Made by a program: the position numbers and the translations under genes. A stretch of DNA of 64,000 bases from a virus. This document shows, one piece after another, positions 48,022-57,429 of this stretch. The stretch lies in the IMG/VR virus record IMGVR_UViG_3300039355_000071; one strand, 5' to 3'. Position 1 is the stretch's first letter; each line of letters starts with the position of its first letter. A model generated the notes under the pieces. The model did no database searches and had not been told where the DNA came from. It was given only the letters and a program-made list of their open reading frames with translations.

Positions 48022-48423
48022 ATGAAAAAGAAAATTTTAGTAGTAATGTTAGCCGTTGGAATGGTAGCAACATCATTAACTGGGTGTGCTTTTGAAACTG
48101 AATCAAAAAAGGTTACATATAATATGAAACAGGAAGCTGAGAACTTTAATGTTCTTAGAAGATTTGCAGTAATTAACACTCGTACTGATAAGGTTGAGTT
48201 TGAAATGATTGGTGCATTTAGTAGAGAGGATGCGACAAATGATCAGGTGACGCTTGTTGTAGAGATGGAAGATGGTACATATAAGAGACATATTATTGGG
48301 CTGAATGAAGATACAATGTATGTCATTGAGGATTTGGGTGGTGCTGAAGTGAATAAGTACAAGTATGAGGTTAATTATATTCCAGAGTCAATTGTACCAT
48401 TTGAGATTACAGATAAAAAGTAA
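48022..48423 (+). CDS. lipoprotein (133 aa), paralogous N-terminus
   Basis: MKKKILVVMLAVGMVATSLTGC. Confidence 0.55.
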   Translation: MKKKILVVMLAVGMVATSLTGCAFETESKKVTYNMKQEAENFNVLRRFAVINTRTDKVEFEMIGAFSREDATNDQVTLVVEMEDGTYKRHIIGLNEDTMYVIEDLGGAEVNKYKYEVNYIPESIVPFEITDKK

Positions 48424-48467
48424 GCGCAAGAATCCGAAATTTTTTGTGGTCGTAGGGAGGTAAAGCA

Positions 48468-48905
48468 GTGAAAATTAAAGATAAGATACGAGACAAGTTA
48501 AGACAGTGGTTATTGGCAGATGAGTTATTAAAATTTGATTTAGCCGAAGATAAATATAAAGAAGCCAGAAAATTACTTACATATTCTAATGCCGAATTAT
48601 CAAGAGCAATAGACCAGCATAGTGCTTCATTTAAATTAGTCGATGATTGTCATCAGCTTATGAATTCTATGATGGACGTTGGGACAGATGTAGGATTTCA
48701 TTCTGATGACCATTCGTGGGCAGTTATATGTATTAAAGGTCATCCAGAATATTTGAAATTTATTCCATTGTCGCATAAAGACGCACGAGATGTATTAGAT
48801 TTTCTGAAACGATTTAGATATTCAGACAGAGTTGTAGATTCTCCATTTGCGTTTAGAGATATGATTGATCATTGTATTATGGAAAATTCATTTTTTGAAA
48901 AATAA
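48468..48905 (+). CDS. hypothetical protein (145 aa)
   Basis: GTG start after GGGAGGTAAAGCA. Confidence 0.45.
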   Translation: MKIKDKIRDKLRQWLLADELLKFDLAEDKYKEARKLLTYSNAELSRAIDQHSASFKLVDDCHQLMNSMMDVGTDVGFHSDDHSWAVICIKGHPEYLKFIPLSHKDARDVLDFLKRFRYSDRVVDSPFAFRDMIDHCIMENSFFEK

Positions 48906-49410
48906 AGTTATAATGAAATTTTGGTTTCGGATGGTTAGTCCAAATATCTGTAGGCTTCATCCGAGTATCACCGTATTTACAATATGTAACCGTATATCGT
49001 GGAAGGTCTTGCATCCAAGTCATCTTTCTCATACCACCACGAGGATTTTCAATAAAATAATAAGTTGGGTTTAATTCTTTGATTAAAGAAACGACATGCT
49101 GATCAGTTGCATCACAGAATTTTGCATAATCACTGATTGGATCAAGATTACCAGTCTCAGGATTCTTTCTTCTATGATGACTTATTGCAGCAATACTGAA
49201 CGTTGTACAGTCAGGCGATGCCCAGATAACATCGGGATGACCAAACTTTTCTAAGATATCTTGTGCAGTTACTTGACTAATATCTGCATATAAATCAATG
49301 TTTTCAAAATCTTTATTCCATTCTACGCTGTACACTTCATGACCTCTTGCTTCAAAAGCTTTGCCAATTGAACGTGTGCCAGCAAATAACTCTAATACTT
49401 TAATAGTCTC
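48877..49410 (-). pseudogene. C5-cytosine DNA methyltransferase, N-terminal half only (truncated, split or pseudogenised)
   Basis: Minus-strand frame encodes ETIKVLELFAGTRSIGKAFEARGHEVYSVEW (motif I F-x-G-x-x-S-x-G), ASPDCTTFSIAA (motif IV), FIENPRG (motif VI). There is no in-frame ATG/GTG/TTG upstream of motif I before the stop. No TRD or motifs IX-X. The far end overlaps a + strand gene. Confidence 0.5.
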
Positions 49411-49882
49411 TTACCGATAGTGGTGCGCACCTTTAACTCATGAGACTATATTTTCCTTTCTTATAAAATTATATCTACATTGTTACTTAGTTTCGTGACA
49501 AGCCAAGAAACCAAAATTTCTGCCTATGTGTAAGAATGGAGATCCATGTCATGTATCAGCTCCAAGAGGAAGTAGAACAGGCACACAAGGATTAAAAGGA
49601 GCAAAAGAAAGAAGTGTAATACCACAGAAATTGTGTGAACACATTGTAGATATTTGCGAAGAAGGACTTGCTGAAAATAATTTACATGACAAGTGTAAGT
49701 CGTGTGATAACAAGTGGTCTTCATTTGAATGTGATATGTGTGAAAATTTCGACATGTATGAGAACAAAAAAGAGAATAATGAGGTGTAACTGATAATTTG
49801 TAAAACTCCAACCTCTGAAATGCCCTAAAATCAAGGCTTTCAGATGTTGAAAAAGCCAAGGAAAACCACGTTTCTTTTGGTT

Positions 49883-50350
49883 ATGAAAGTAGGTGAGAAA
49901 TTGAAAAATATATTTTTAGAAGCTGCTATGAACTATAACAAGATGAGTAATTCAGAAAAAGCAAAAGCGAATAATATAATTCGAGAAAATGTCAAAGAAA
50001 TCATGAAGCCTCGTTCAAAAACTGAACGAGAAAAAGAACTTGACAGATTAGCGAAGGAAGAAAAGGAAGAGTATGAAAGAAACAAAAATGCTTTCTATGC
50101 TGATCCTATTCATTGGAACAACAATAAGCGTAGAAGACATGGATTATCTGTATTAAGAGGGAATGTTAATAAATACCGTTTAAAGAAATATCCAGCGTTT
50201 TATCCTTCTGTAAAATTCTTTGGTCGCTTGGATGATATTATTACCGAAAAATTAGAAGATAATTTTAAGAATAATGAGTATTTTAATTCTTTTATTGAAG
50301 AAAAAGATTTGGCAGTTGGTGATGCAAATGTATTTAGAGTGAGTAAATAG
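49883..50350 (+). CDS. hypothetical basic protein
   Basis: Start uncertain (ATG 49844, ATG 49883 or TTG 49895). Confidence 0.4.
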   Translation: MKVGEKLKNIFLEAAMNYNKMSNSEKAKANNIIRENVKEIMKPRSKTEREKELDRLAKEEKEEYERNKNAFYADPIHWNNNKRRRHGLSVLRGNVNKYRLKKYPAFYPSVKFFGRLDDIITEKLEDNFKNNEYFNSFIEEKDLAVGDANVFRVSK

Positions 50351-50360
50351 GAGAATAACA

Positions 50361-50864
50361 ATGAGTAAATCATTAGAATTTGTAAAAGAACGAATTGCAT
50401 CAGGTCAGTGTAATGGCATGGAGAATAATAAATATGAATCCATGATTGAACAGGATATACGAGAGTTATTTACGGTTATTACTTACACCAAAGATGGAAC
50501 AATTTTAATAGATGTTCCTTATCTTAAAGGTGACAAACCTTATTTTAATGTAATTATTAAGCATGATCCAGATGCAGATTTTGAATATTTCACAATGCAG
50601 CGTTGCAATTGTGATGGAACGTTTGTATTCTTTCAAGATTTAATGGGTGAGTGCATAGATAAAATGATTCATCTTAAAACCTGTAATGTAAATAAGGAGA
50701 TTCCAAAAGATTTAACTGGATATTCTATTGTCTACACTGTCGGAGATTTTGTATTAGCAGAAGAATTTGGTGATCAATTTGCAACAAAAGAAAAACCTTG
50801 GATGAAGAGTAGATTTACGGCTATGTTACCAATTAAGTTTAATGTAGTAAGGAATGAAGAATAA
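50361..50864 (+). CDS. hypothetical protein (167 aa)
   Basis: RBS AATAGGAGAATAACA. Confidence 0.5.
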   Translation: MSKSLEFVKERIASGQCNGMENNKYESMIEQDIRELFTVITYTKDGTILIDVPYLKGDKPYFNVIIKHDPDADFEYFTMQRCNCDGTFVFFQDLMGECIDKMIHLKTCNVNKEIPKDLTGYSIVYTVGDFVLAEEFGDQFATKEKPWMKSRFTAMLPIKFNVVRNEE

Positions 50865-51256
50865 TGTATTTTGATTTAAATATTGAAGAATGGAATTTTA
50901 AAAATGATTATGAAGACATCTATTTTCTGCTTCATTGTTTATACAATGCAAAAACTGAGTTATACGACAGAACTCTTACTGATATGAGAAGCAGATATGA
51001 TCCGACTGAAGCATTTATAGATAACGGGATTAATGGCTGGAATAGAAGGAGATCGAATTGGTATTCCAAGAAATTATACGATAAATGTGTGAAATGTATT
51101 GAGTTAAAAACAAGAGGTCATTTTATACACAGACATTGGAAAGAATGCGTTTGGAGGTACAAAGGTCTTTCAGCACAAGAATGGATAAATTTATATCAGC
51201 AATTAATTAAAGAAAATAAATACGACAGTTGGATATTGGAATATATAGAAGCGTAG
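50864..51256 (+). CDS. hypothetical protein (130 aa)
   Basis: ATGT overlap. Confidence 0.45.
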   Translation: MYFDLNIEEWNFKNDYEDIYFLLHCLYNAKTELYDRTLTDMRSRYDPTEAFIDNGINGWNRRRSNWYSKKLYDKCVKCIELKTRGHFIHRHWKECVWRYKGLSAQEWINLYQQLIKENKYDSWILEYIEA

Positions 51257-51268
51257 GATGGTGTCAAT

Positions 51269-51514
51269 ATGGAAGAAACAACAGAATTAGAGAAGAAATA
51301 TTATAAGCTTCTAATAGGCGAAACGTTTCATTGCTATGATATTACATTAAACGAATTACTGATTATTATGAACGCAGAGCTTAATATTAATACATTATCT
51401 TTGCAGAAGTCAGGAAGACATAATTTTTATTGTAGAGTCGATGATAAAACCAAACAGTACTATTTACGAAAATTTGGTTTGTTGGATAATGACCATGTAG
51501 AAATAGGAGAATAA
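51269..51514 (+). CDS. hypothetical protein (81 aa)
   Basis: ORF with a weak RBS. Confidence 0.4.
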   Translation: MEETTELEKKYYKLLIGETFHCYDITLNELLIIMNAELNINTLSLQKSGRHNFYCRVDDKTKQYYLRKFGLLDNDHVEIGE

Positions 51515-51518
51515 CAGT

Positions 51519-51770
51519 ATGGAGTTATCACAAGATGAAAGACAAAAATTTTTAGAGTTAATAGATAAAGTAAGTCCATGTGCTGCAATTTCTGAAAAAG
51601 AAAATCTTAAAAAGTTTAAAGAGTGGCTGGATAGTGATAGCTCAAAAAGAGTTACATTTGTTGAAGCCCCAAAAATATTTAAAGATCAGGTTGGAAATGA
51701 CAAAGTGCTTCTTATACCAACAAATGACGAAGCCATAAAGCCCATAAGAGTAATATTCGAAGGAGAATAA
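51519..51770 (+). CDS. hypothetical protein (83 aa)
   Basis: RBS AATAGGAGAATAACAGT. Confidence 0.45.
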   Translation: MELSQDERQKFLELIDKVSPCAAISEKENLKKFKEWLDSDSSKRVTFVEAPKIFKDQVGNDKVLLIPTNDEAIKPIRVIFEGE

Positions 51771-51774
51771 CAGT

Positions 51775-51984
51775 ATGAGAACATATGAATTACGACAACA
51801 TGACGTGATTTCTTATTATCCTCCATAACCACACAAACAGGAATACAAACTTGGAGAACATATTTCTATTAACGAATTAGCCGAAGCAATGTTTGGTTCA
51901 CCTGCTTTAAGGTTAGATAGAGATAAAAATGAGGACAAGATGCTTCGAGTTATAGAAATAGAATATGTGAAATTTCCGTGGTGA
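51775..51984 (+). CDS. ORF with an in-frame TAA at codon 18 (51826-51828), then 50 open codons
   Basis: Same GGAGAATAACAGTATG initiation context as the upstream gene. Confidence 0.25.
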
Positions 51985-52055
51985 AAGTTTTGGAAGAAAA
52001 GAAAATATGTTGAAGAATATCATTTAGAAGTAATGTAAAGGAGACAAATTAAATT

Positions 52056-52334
52056 ATGAACAATAGACAGAAAAAGAAATTATTTAAGCAGACACTTATT
52101 AAGGTTAGAAAACTGCATCCACAGAAAGGTGATGTGATTTGTTTTCAACCAGATTTAGATTGGATTGATGTTGAAACTATGTACCAGTTTATGAAAGTTT
52201 ATTCGAATAATGATGTTTTCGGTGAATCGAAGTTGGCTTTTGTACCTGCTGATATTAAGCAACTTAAATATAAAAAGAACGCTCAGATATATATTAACAA
52301 GTTGCAGAGTATTGTAGATCAGATGGGAGAATAA
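52056..52334 (+). CDS. hypothetical protein (92 aa)
   Basis: RBS AAAGGAGACAAAT. Confidence 0.5.
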   Translation: MNNRQKKKLFKQTLIKVRKLHPQKGDVICFQPDLDWIDVETMYQFMKVYSNNDVFGESKLAFVPADIKQLKYKKNAQIYINKLQSIVDQMGE

Positions 52335-52443
52335 ATAATCCAATTAAAGAAGCATTTCCTGTTAATTTTGTCTAAGAGCATTTCTACACACGGTTTTCCA
52401 AAATAAAAAAGAGAGAATAACTAAATATAAGGAGGTATAGAAC

Positions 52444-52701
52444 TTGCATATAAGAATTGTTGGTTTTAGCGACAGATATGATGATTATAAACTTCTTGGA
52501 TATACAGAAGTAGAGAATATATCAGAAGTTTTTAAGACGCTAGATTATATGAGAAAGAACGAAATTCCATTAATAATCAATACTAATGATGTCATTGATA
52601 CAGACGGAGAAGAATATTACATAGATAGTATTACAATGGTATTCCCAAAAGTGAGTGGTGAGATTGGAAGTTGTATTACTGTTTATGTGGAAGATGTTTA
52701 G
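52444..52701 (+). CDS. hypothetical protein (85 aa)
   Basis: TTG start after AAGGAGGTATAGAAC. Confidence 0.4.
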   Translation: MHIRIVGFSDRYDDYKLLGYTEVENISEVFKTLDYMRKNEIPLIINTNDVIDTDGEEYYIDSITMVFPKVSGEIGSCITVYVEDV

Positions 52702-52713
52702 AAGGATAAAGAT

Positions 52714-53193
52714 ATGAAAATAGAATTAATCAAATTAAAATTCAATGATACTTGTGCATATAAGCATAAGCCATTCACTTATTGCTGTGATGAAATTCAG
52801 AATGATAAAGCTATTGTATTTACAGGTGAAGATTTGGTATGCAACGATACTTTTGGATTAGTAGTAAGAGATTCAGATGATACTATAATTCCTCAATTTT
52901 GTAATTCATACACAGAAACATTTAACTCTTGGGGTGATGAGTATGAGCAGACAGACAATTATCCAATTCAGTTATGCCCTCACTGCGGAGAGAAGATTGA
53001 GATTTCAGTCGTAGATGAGATAGATGTATCTGATAAGTATAATGAATTATCTAAGCAGCGTGAGGAATTGTGGAAGAAATGTCAGAAAACAGATAGTAAA
53101 AAAGAAGAGAGTGAGTTGAGAAAACAGGTTAGAAAGTTAGATGACCAGATAAACGACTTCTATGAATTAGGTGAGTGGAAAGGAGAATATTAA
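52714..53193 (+). CDS. hypothetical protein with CxxC pairs (159 aa)
   Basis: CPHCGEK. Confidence 0.45.
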   Translation: MKIELIKLKFNDTCAYKHKPFTYCCDEIQNDKAIVFTGEDLVCNDTFGLVVRDSDDTIIPQFCNSYTETFNSWGDEYEQTDNYPIQLCPHCGEKIEISVVDEIDVSDKYNELSKQREELWKKCQKTDSKKEESELRKQVRKLDDQINDFYELGEWKGEY

Positions 53194-53194
53194 A

Positions 53195-53533
53195 ATGGAG
53201 AACAGATTATTGTTTGAAAGTGATGTAATCGAAGCAATTGACAAACATATGGATGAATATGGTGAACTTGATGCTGATATTAGCTGTATTCTTGAAGAAT
53301 TAAAATCACCAGTCTTTGTAGGTTCAAAAGACGCATTAAATAACTTGAAGGTAGAGAATGAACCAATGCAGAAACAGAAACGAGTTCAACTATTTGAGAA
53401 TGAGGATGTTGTTTTAGAGCAACGTGGTAACAGATATTATTTATCACTTTATGATAAGGAAGGAAAATTTCAGAGAGAAGTAACCATTGATGTAAAGGAC
53501 GACTATAAAGTTGGACTTGGGAATGGTAAGTAG
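53195..53533 (+). CDS. hypothetical protein
   Basis: RBS GAAAGGAGAATATT. Confidence 0.45.
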   Translation: MENRLLFESDVIEAIDKHMDEYGELDADISCILEELKSPVFVGSKDALNNLKVENEPMQKQKRVQLFENEDVVLEQRGNRYYLSLYDKEGKFQREVTIDVKDDYKVGLGNGK

Positions 53534-53542
53534 AGGAGCTTT

Positions 53543-53731
53543 ATGAGATCAGAGATTAAAAGACGACAATTTTCTGAAAATCATCAATCTTGGTTCTCCC
53601 ATGATTATGCTTGTTGGGCAAATAATCACAATGGTTGGAGAAAGATGAAAAAGAAGAATCGTAGATTATTTAAAAAGAAGCATAGAAGAGAAGTTGAGAA
53701 AGATATTAATAAAGAATTAAGTGATATGTAA
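53543..53731 (+). CDS. small basic protein
   Basis: RBS GTAGAGGAGC. Confidence 0.4.
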   Translation: MRSEIKRRQFSENHQSWFSHDYACWANNHNGWRKMKKKNRRLFKKKHRREVEKDINKELSDM

Positions 53732-53796
53732 TAACAGTAAATTCAGGTTTCTTTTGGTTACAAAGAGAGAATATTAAAACAAGGAGGTAAGCAAAA

Positions 53797-54525
53797 TTGA
53801 AAAGACAGATTCGTAGAGGTGTTTTCGAGACAAATTCAAGTAGTCAGCATTCGCTTTGTATTATGAAGAAAGATGAGCATTATACGCCAGATGAGATTGC
53901 AAAGGATTTTTATTTATGGGATGACAAAGAAACTGGTGAAAAAGATTGTGAATGGCATATTTGGGATCATGATATGGAGTTTGGTAGAAGTCCATTTAGA
54001 GCATTAGGTAATTTTCATGACAAATGGTTGTATGCTTGTGCTTCATTGGTACATGAGTATAATGACGAAAATTATAAAAAGCTTGAATCGCTTGCATTAA
54101 AATATGTTCCTGGTCTTAAAAAGATTGTTGTTCCTATGATTTCAGATTCAATCGCTGATAAAAATCATCCAGAGAATAAAGATAGTGATTTTGCACAGGA
54201 ATATGGCAAGACAGAGAATGAATTTAACGAGTGGATTGAACAGAAAGAAAAGGATTGGGGAATTGATACAATCGAATATTGGGAAACAGACAATGGATAT
54301 TTTCATTTTGAGAAGCCATGTACAGGATATGTTGATGTAGATATACTTAGTGGATTCCTTAAAAAAGAGAATATATCATTAGAGGAATATCTGACAAATA
54401 AGAAGTATGTTGTTATTCAAGATGGTGACGAATATGGATATTTTGGAGATATGAAACGTAGTGGGTTGATTAATTTTGATGCTATTGATCATGAGTATCC
54501 AAGAGCATATGGAACGGAGGATTAA
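53797..54525 (+). CDS. hypothetical protein (242 aa), paralog A with conserved MKRQIRRGVFETNSSSQHSL N-terminus
   Basis: TTG start after AAGGAGGTAAGC. Confidence 0.5.
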   Translation: MKRQIRRGVFETNSSSQHSLCIMKKDEHYTPDEIAKDFYLWDDKETGEKDCEWHIWDHDMEFGRSPFRALGNFHDKWLYACASLVHEYNDENYKKLESLALKYVPGLKKIVVPMISDSIADKNHPENKDSDFAQEYGKTENEFNEWIEQKEKDWGIDTIEYWETDNGYFHFEKPCTGYVDVDILSGFLKKENISLEEYLTNKKYVVIQDGDEYGYFGDMKRSGLINFDAIDHEYPRAYGTED

Positions 54526-54528
54526 TTT

Positions 54529-54942
54529 ATGAAGAGACAGATTAGACGAGAAGTTTATGAAACTAACTCATCAAGCACACATTCACTTACAATATGTAGT
54601 GAGGAAGAATTTGAACAGTGGAAGAATGGCGAACTTCTTTTTGATGAATGGGGTTCTGAGTCATTTGTAAAAGCAAATAGTTTATCAGATGATGATAAGA
54701 AATATGCAGCACAAGACTATGAAAATCATAAAGATGAATTTTCTAAAGATTGGTCAGACTTGTCAGAATCTGCGAAAGAAAAGTATTATTCCAAATATGC
54801 AAAAGAGAACAATATTGTAGACGAGGATGCTAAAACCTATGAGGAGTGGGAGCACGATGATCTTGAAACATTTGTAAATAGATATACAAGTAAAAGTGGA
54901 GATAAAATTGTTGCGTTTGGCAAGTATGGATACGATGGTTGA
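54529..54942 (+). CDS. hypothetical protein (137 aa), paralog B with N-terminus MKRQIRREVYETNSSSTHSL
   Basis: RBS ACGGAGGATTAAT. Confidence 0.5.
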   Translation: MKRQIRREVYETNSSSTHSLTICSEEEFEQWKNGELLFDEWGSESFVKANSLSDDDKKYAAQDYENHKDEFSKDWSDLSESAKEKYYSKYAKENNIVDEDAKTYEEWEHDDLETFVNRYTSKSGDKIVAFGKYGYDG

Positions 54943-54965
54943 TTTAATTTAGGAGGATTTTAAGA

Positions 54966-55856
54966 ATGGAATTATTAGGAAGATACATAAATGGTAACTT
55001 TAAAACTACAATTTTTAGCGATGGAACAAAGATCAGAGAGACAGAAGATGATGAGTTTGTACCAGTTTTTGCGGAGAATATGGATATAAAAATTTGTAAT
55101 TTTTGCGATATGGGATGTCCATTCTGCCATGAAGGTAGTACAACAGATGGAAAATTTGGAGATATTTTGAATGAGAAATTCATTAATACACTTCATCCAT
55201 ATCAGGAAGTTGCTCTTGGTGGTGGAGATGCTACAAGTCATCCTGACTTAATTCCATTCTTACAGAAACTCAAAGATAGAAAAGTTATTGTAAACATGAC
55301 GGTAAATCAGATTCATTTTGAGAAGAAACAGGATTTAATCAAAAAGCTTGTTGATGAAAAACTTATCTATGGTCTTGGCGTATCGCTCGTAAATCCAACA
55401 AAGAATTTTATTGAACTTATTAAGCAATATCCAAATGCGGTCATTCATGTAATCAACGGGGTATTAAAACCATCGGACGTAGAAGCTTTAGAGAATAATA
55501 ATCTGAAGATGCTGATTCTTGGTTATAAACATTTAAGACGTGGTGATGATTTTTATTCAGAAGATCATGAAAACATTGTTGTAAAGCAGAATTGGCTATA
55601 TGAAAATCTTGCAGATATTATTGAGAAATTTAAGGTAGTTAGTTTTGATAATCTTGCCATCGACCAGTTAAATGTTAAGAGATTGATGTCTGATGATGAA
55701 TGGAATGAGTTTTATATGGGCGATGATGGAACAATGACTTACTACATCGACATGGTTGAGCGTAAATTTGCAAGAAGCTCAACAGCAGCATTTGATAAGA
55801 GATATGACTTATTGGACTCAGTAGATGATATGTTCCAGAAGATTTTATCTGAGTAA
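54966..55856 (+). CDS. radical SAM enzyme (4Fe-4S, CxxxCxxC)
   Basis: ICNFCDMGCPFCHEG and GGGDATSHPDL (Gly-rich SAM motif). 296 aa. Confidence 0.6.
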   Translation: MELLGRYINGNFKTTIFSDGTKIRETEDDEFVPVFAENMDIKICNFCDMGCPFCHEGSTTDGKFGDILNEKFINTLHPYQEVALGGGDATSHPDLIPFLQKLKDRKVIVNMTVNQIHFEKKQDLIKKLVDEKLIYGLGVSLVNPTKNFIELIKQYPNAVIHVINGVLKPSDVEALENNNLKMLILGYKHLRRGDDFYSEDHENIVVKQNWLYENLADIIEKFKVVSFDNLAIDQLNVKRLMSDDEWNEFYMGDDGTMTYYIDMVERKFARSSTAAFDKRYDLLDSVDDMFQKILSE

Positions 55857-55903
55857 CTTCACAGGAAAGCAACATTTCACAACTTTAGAAAGGACAAGTA
55901 CAA

Positions 55904-56383
55904 ATGAATTTAAAGAAGATTAAAAGTGAAGATTTGATTTTTAGCAATGAAATTGAAGACGATAGAACTAATACATATCTCACATTAAATGATTATGACT
56001 GGATGAATTATAATCTGTCTACTCGTTTTAAAACAGAAGAGATGGGTGTATTAGAAGTCGAGTTTGAATATTTCGGTATGGTTACTTCACAGATGAAAGT
56101 AAAGCAGACGTTAAATGGTAAAATGCAGAAAATTACCTATGAATATCCAACTGATATCTTCAGTAAGAATTTGATTAAGTTCTTGGATAAGCATATTAGA
56201 TACTGGAACGAGAAATATGCATTTAATGGCGAAGAAGAAGTTATAGATTTCTTTAATGAAGTTCTCGATAAAGGGACTGTCAAAGATATTGCTGAAATCA
56301 ATAAAGATGACAACAAACCACAATGTTGCATAGACCACGATAAGTATTTCTCGACATGTGACACTTGTGAGTTTGGAGAATAA
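55904..56383 (+). CDS. hypothetical protein (159 aa)
   Basis: RBS GAAAGGACAAG. Confidence 0.45.
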   Translation: MNLKKIKSEDLIFSNEIEDDRTNTYLTLNDYDWMNYNLSTRFKTEEMGVLEVEFEYFGMVTSQMKVKQTLNGKMQKITYEYPTDIFSKNLIKFLDKHIRYWNEKYAFNGEEEVIDFFNEVLDKGTVKDIAEINKDDNKPQCCIDHDKYFSTCDTCEFGE

Positions 56384-56401
56384 TATACTGGAGGTGAAAT
56401 T

Positions 56402-56794
56402 ATGTATCAGAATTGTTGTAAGAAATGTGGAAGTATTTCACTACATACAGAAGTAAAAGGCAATAACACAGGACTTTATTGTGATGATTGCGGTGCATGG
56501 ATCAAATGGCTTGGTAAAGATGAGCTGAGAGCTTTTGAACATGCGAATAAATCAAGAGGTTTGAGGGCGACTGCAAAACTATATGATGAAGCGTTTGTCA
56601 ATAATCCAATAGATAATGAAAGCATTAGCGATTGTTTGATTGTTGGATTTGATAAACATAAGGGAGAACAAACTTGGATGTCTATTGGTAGAAAAGATGG
56701 AGACACATTGAATATCGTAAACATGATTAAGGATGAGAGAGCAGAAGAATTATATAAGCAACTACTTTCAACTCAAAAATCAGTTTCACAGTAA
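56402..56794 (+). CDS. hypothetical protein with N-terminal zinc ribbon (130 aa)
   Basis: CCKKCGS..CDDCGAW. Confidence 0.45.
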   Translation: MYQNCCKKCGSISLHTEVKGNNTGLYCDDCGAWIKWLGKDELRAFEHANKSRGLRATAKLYDEAFVNNPIDNESISDCLIVGFDKHKGEQTWMSIGRKDGDTLNIVNMIKDERAEELYKQLLSTQKSVSQ

Positions 56795-56895
56795 ACCAAT
56801 CTTTCTTTTGAAAATTTTTAATCATATCTAAGCCATTCGGCTATGGGAATCCCAGTAAATAAGAGAATAAAATATCAGAAAGGTGGTGAAAAGTA

Positions 56896-57252
56896 GTGCA
56901 TCCAAGTGATTTTTTTGAAAATTGCTCATTGAGGACTGGAATTGATACATTTGAAATTTTTGATGAAGATTTGAAACAAAAATTAAAAAGTATTCATCCT
57001 AAAAATTTCTTAAAAACAAAAATTACCCTACCAGTTTATAAGATAAATCTATCTTATGTGACAGAAAAAGGAAATTACAAGACAGTTGATAGATATACTG
57101 TAATGGATTCGGAGTCAGATGATGAGTATGTAGATTTTTGGATAGATATGTTTATTCAGGATTATAACAAAGATAATCCAAATCATAAAATGACAAAATG
57201 CGAAGTCAACAGTATTGAACGAATCTGCGAGGTTGTGCTGCCACTTGGTTAG
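56896..57252 (+). CDS. hypothetical protein (118 aa)
   Basis: GTG start after AAAGGTGGTGA. Confidence 0.4.
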   Translation: MHPSDFFENCSLRTGIDTFEIFDEDLKQKLKSIHPKNFLKTKITLPVYKINLSYVTEKGNYKTVDRYTVMDSESDDEYVDFWIDMFIQDYNKDNPNHKMTKCEVNSIERICEVVLPLG

Positions 57253-57429
57253 CTTTTCACCATATGTATTTAATGCCTTTGATTAGCAAAGGTTGTCACA
57301 ATGATTCATAAAACGGATCATTGGTTTATATGAATCGAAAAAGTAATGTGATAGTGACGTAAAAAGACACTCACTAAGTATGGCTTTACCTCATTGAAAT
57401 GAAATTAATTTCAGTGAGGAAAGTACATA

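Noticed and set aside
49499-49870. Imperfect direct repeats AAGCCAAG(G)AAA(A)CCA flanking a 350-bp segment, as target-site duplications of a mini insertion
   Set aside because: Only about 14 of 17 positions match, and there are no terminal inverted repeats or transposase. Chance similarity in A-rich DNA is more likely. The enclosed ORFs (49526..49789 +, 49524..49859 -) are also weakly supported.
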